This document shows positions 63,601 through 64,000 of a DNA stretch of 64,000 nucleotides, one piece after another; position 1 is the first letter of the stretch, and each line of letters begins with the position of its first letter. The stretch is taken from assembly GCA_964016885.1 (NCBI GenBank), contig OZ024761.1:16740001-16804000 (forward strand), written 5' to 3'. The position numbers were made by a program, and so were the translations under genes. Under the pieces are notes generated by a model. That model worked only from the letters and a program-made list of their open reading frames with translations, did no database searches and was not told where the DNA came from. The DNA is from Eledone cirrhosa (lineage: Eukaryota).

Positions 63601-64000
63601 CCAGGTAATACTAGAAGGTGTCATACCAAAAGATTGGTGCATCAGCATCATTGTCAACTGCTACAAAGGTAAAGGTGATGCACTCGATAGAGGAAACTAT
63701 AGAGGTATAAAGCTGATGGACCAAGTCATGAAAGTAACAGAAAGAGTTATAACACAGTTGATTAGGGACCGGGTGAATATAGACGAGATGAAATTTGGGT
63801 TTGTACCAGGAAGAGGCACCACTGATGCCCTCTTCCTTGTGAGGCAGCTACAGGAAAAGTACCTAGCTAAAAGTAAGCCACTCTACTTGGCATTTGTCGA
63901 CCTTGAGAAAGCCTTTGACAGAGTTCCACGCGCTGTAATCTGGTGGGCTCTTAGAAAACTAGGAGTAGATGAATGGCTTGTGAAAGCGGTACAAGCCATG
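63601..64000 (+). mobile_element. 5'-truncated RTE LINE copy 3 (RT region), runs off the window
   Basis: QVILEGVIPKDW...NYRGIKLMDQVMKV...[24 protein letters not shown]; close to the reverse complement of 8390-8785. Confidence 0.93.

Overview
Repeat-rich eukaryotic (animal) genomic DNA. The microsatellite load and SINE/RTE repertoire suggest an octopod cephalopod, but that is inference. The + strand carries the 5' part of a Mi-2/CHD3/4/5-family chromatin remodeler gene. Eight phase-compatible GT-AG exons (18362-49884) encode an acidic/basic N-terminus, the CHDNT domain and both PHD fingers; the chromodomains and ATPase lie beyond the window. The rest is intron or flank, filled with multi-kb (TA/TG/AG) microsatellites, minisatellites, a decayed L1-Tx1 LINE, three RTE LINE copies, tRNA-derived SINEs, piggyBac-like MITEs and decayed Tc1/mariner elements. 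The very long ORFs in the ORF track are microsatellite artefacts. Most notable: (1) a ~0.55-kb non-coding repeat whose two inverted copies share a covarying, pseudoknotted RNA fold containing all hammerhead-core motifs in a non-canonical order; (2) a cluster of candidate in-frame microexons (6, 18, 27, 42, 18 nt) in the intron after PHD2; (3) a ~35-bp pre-miRNA-like hairpin that encloses one of them; (4) a minisatellite that has amplified a real 5' splice site ten times.
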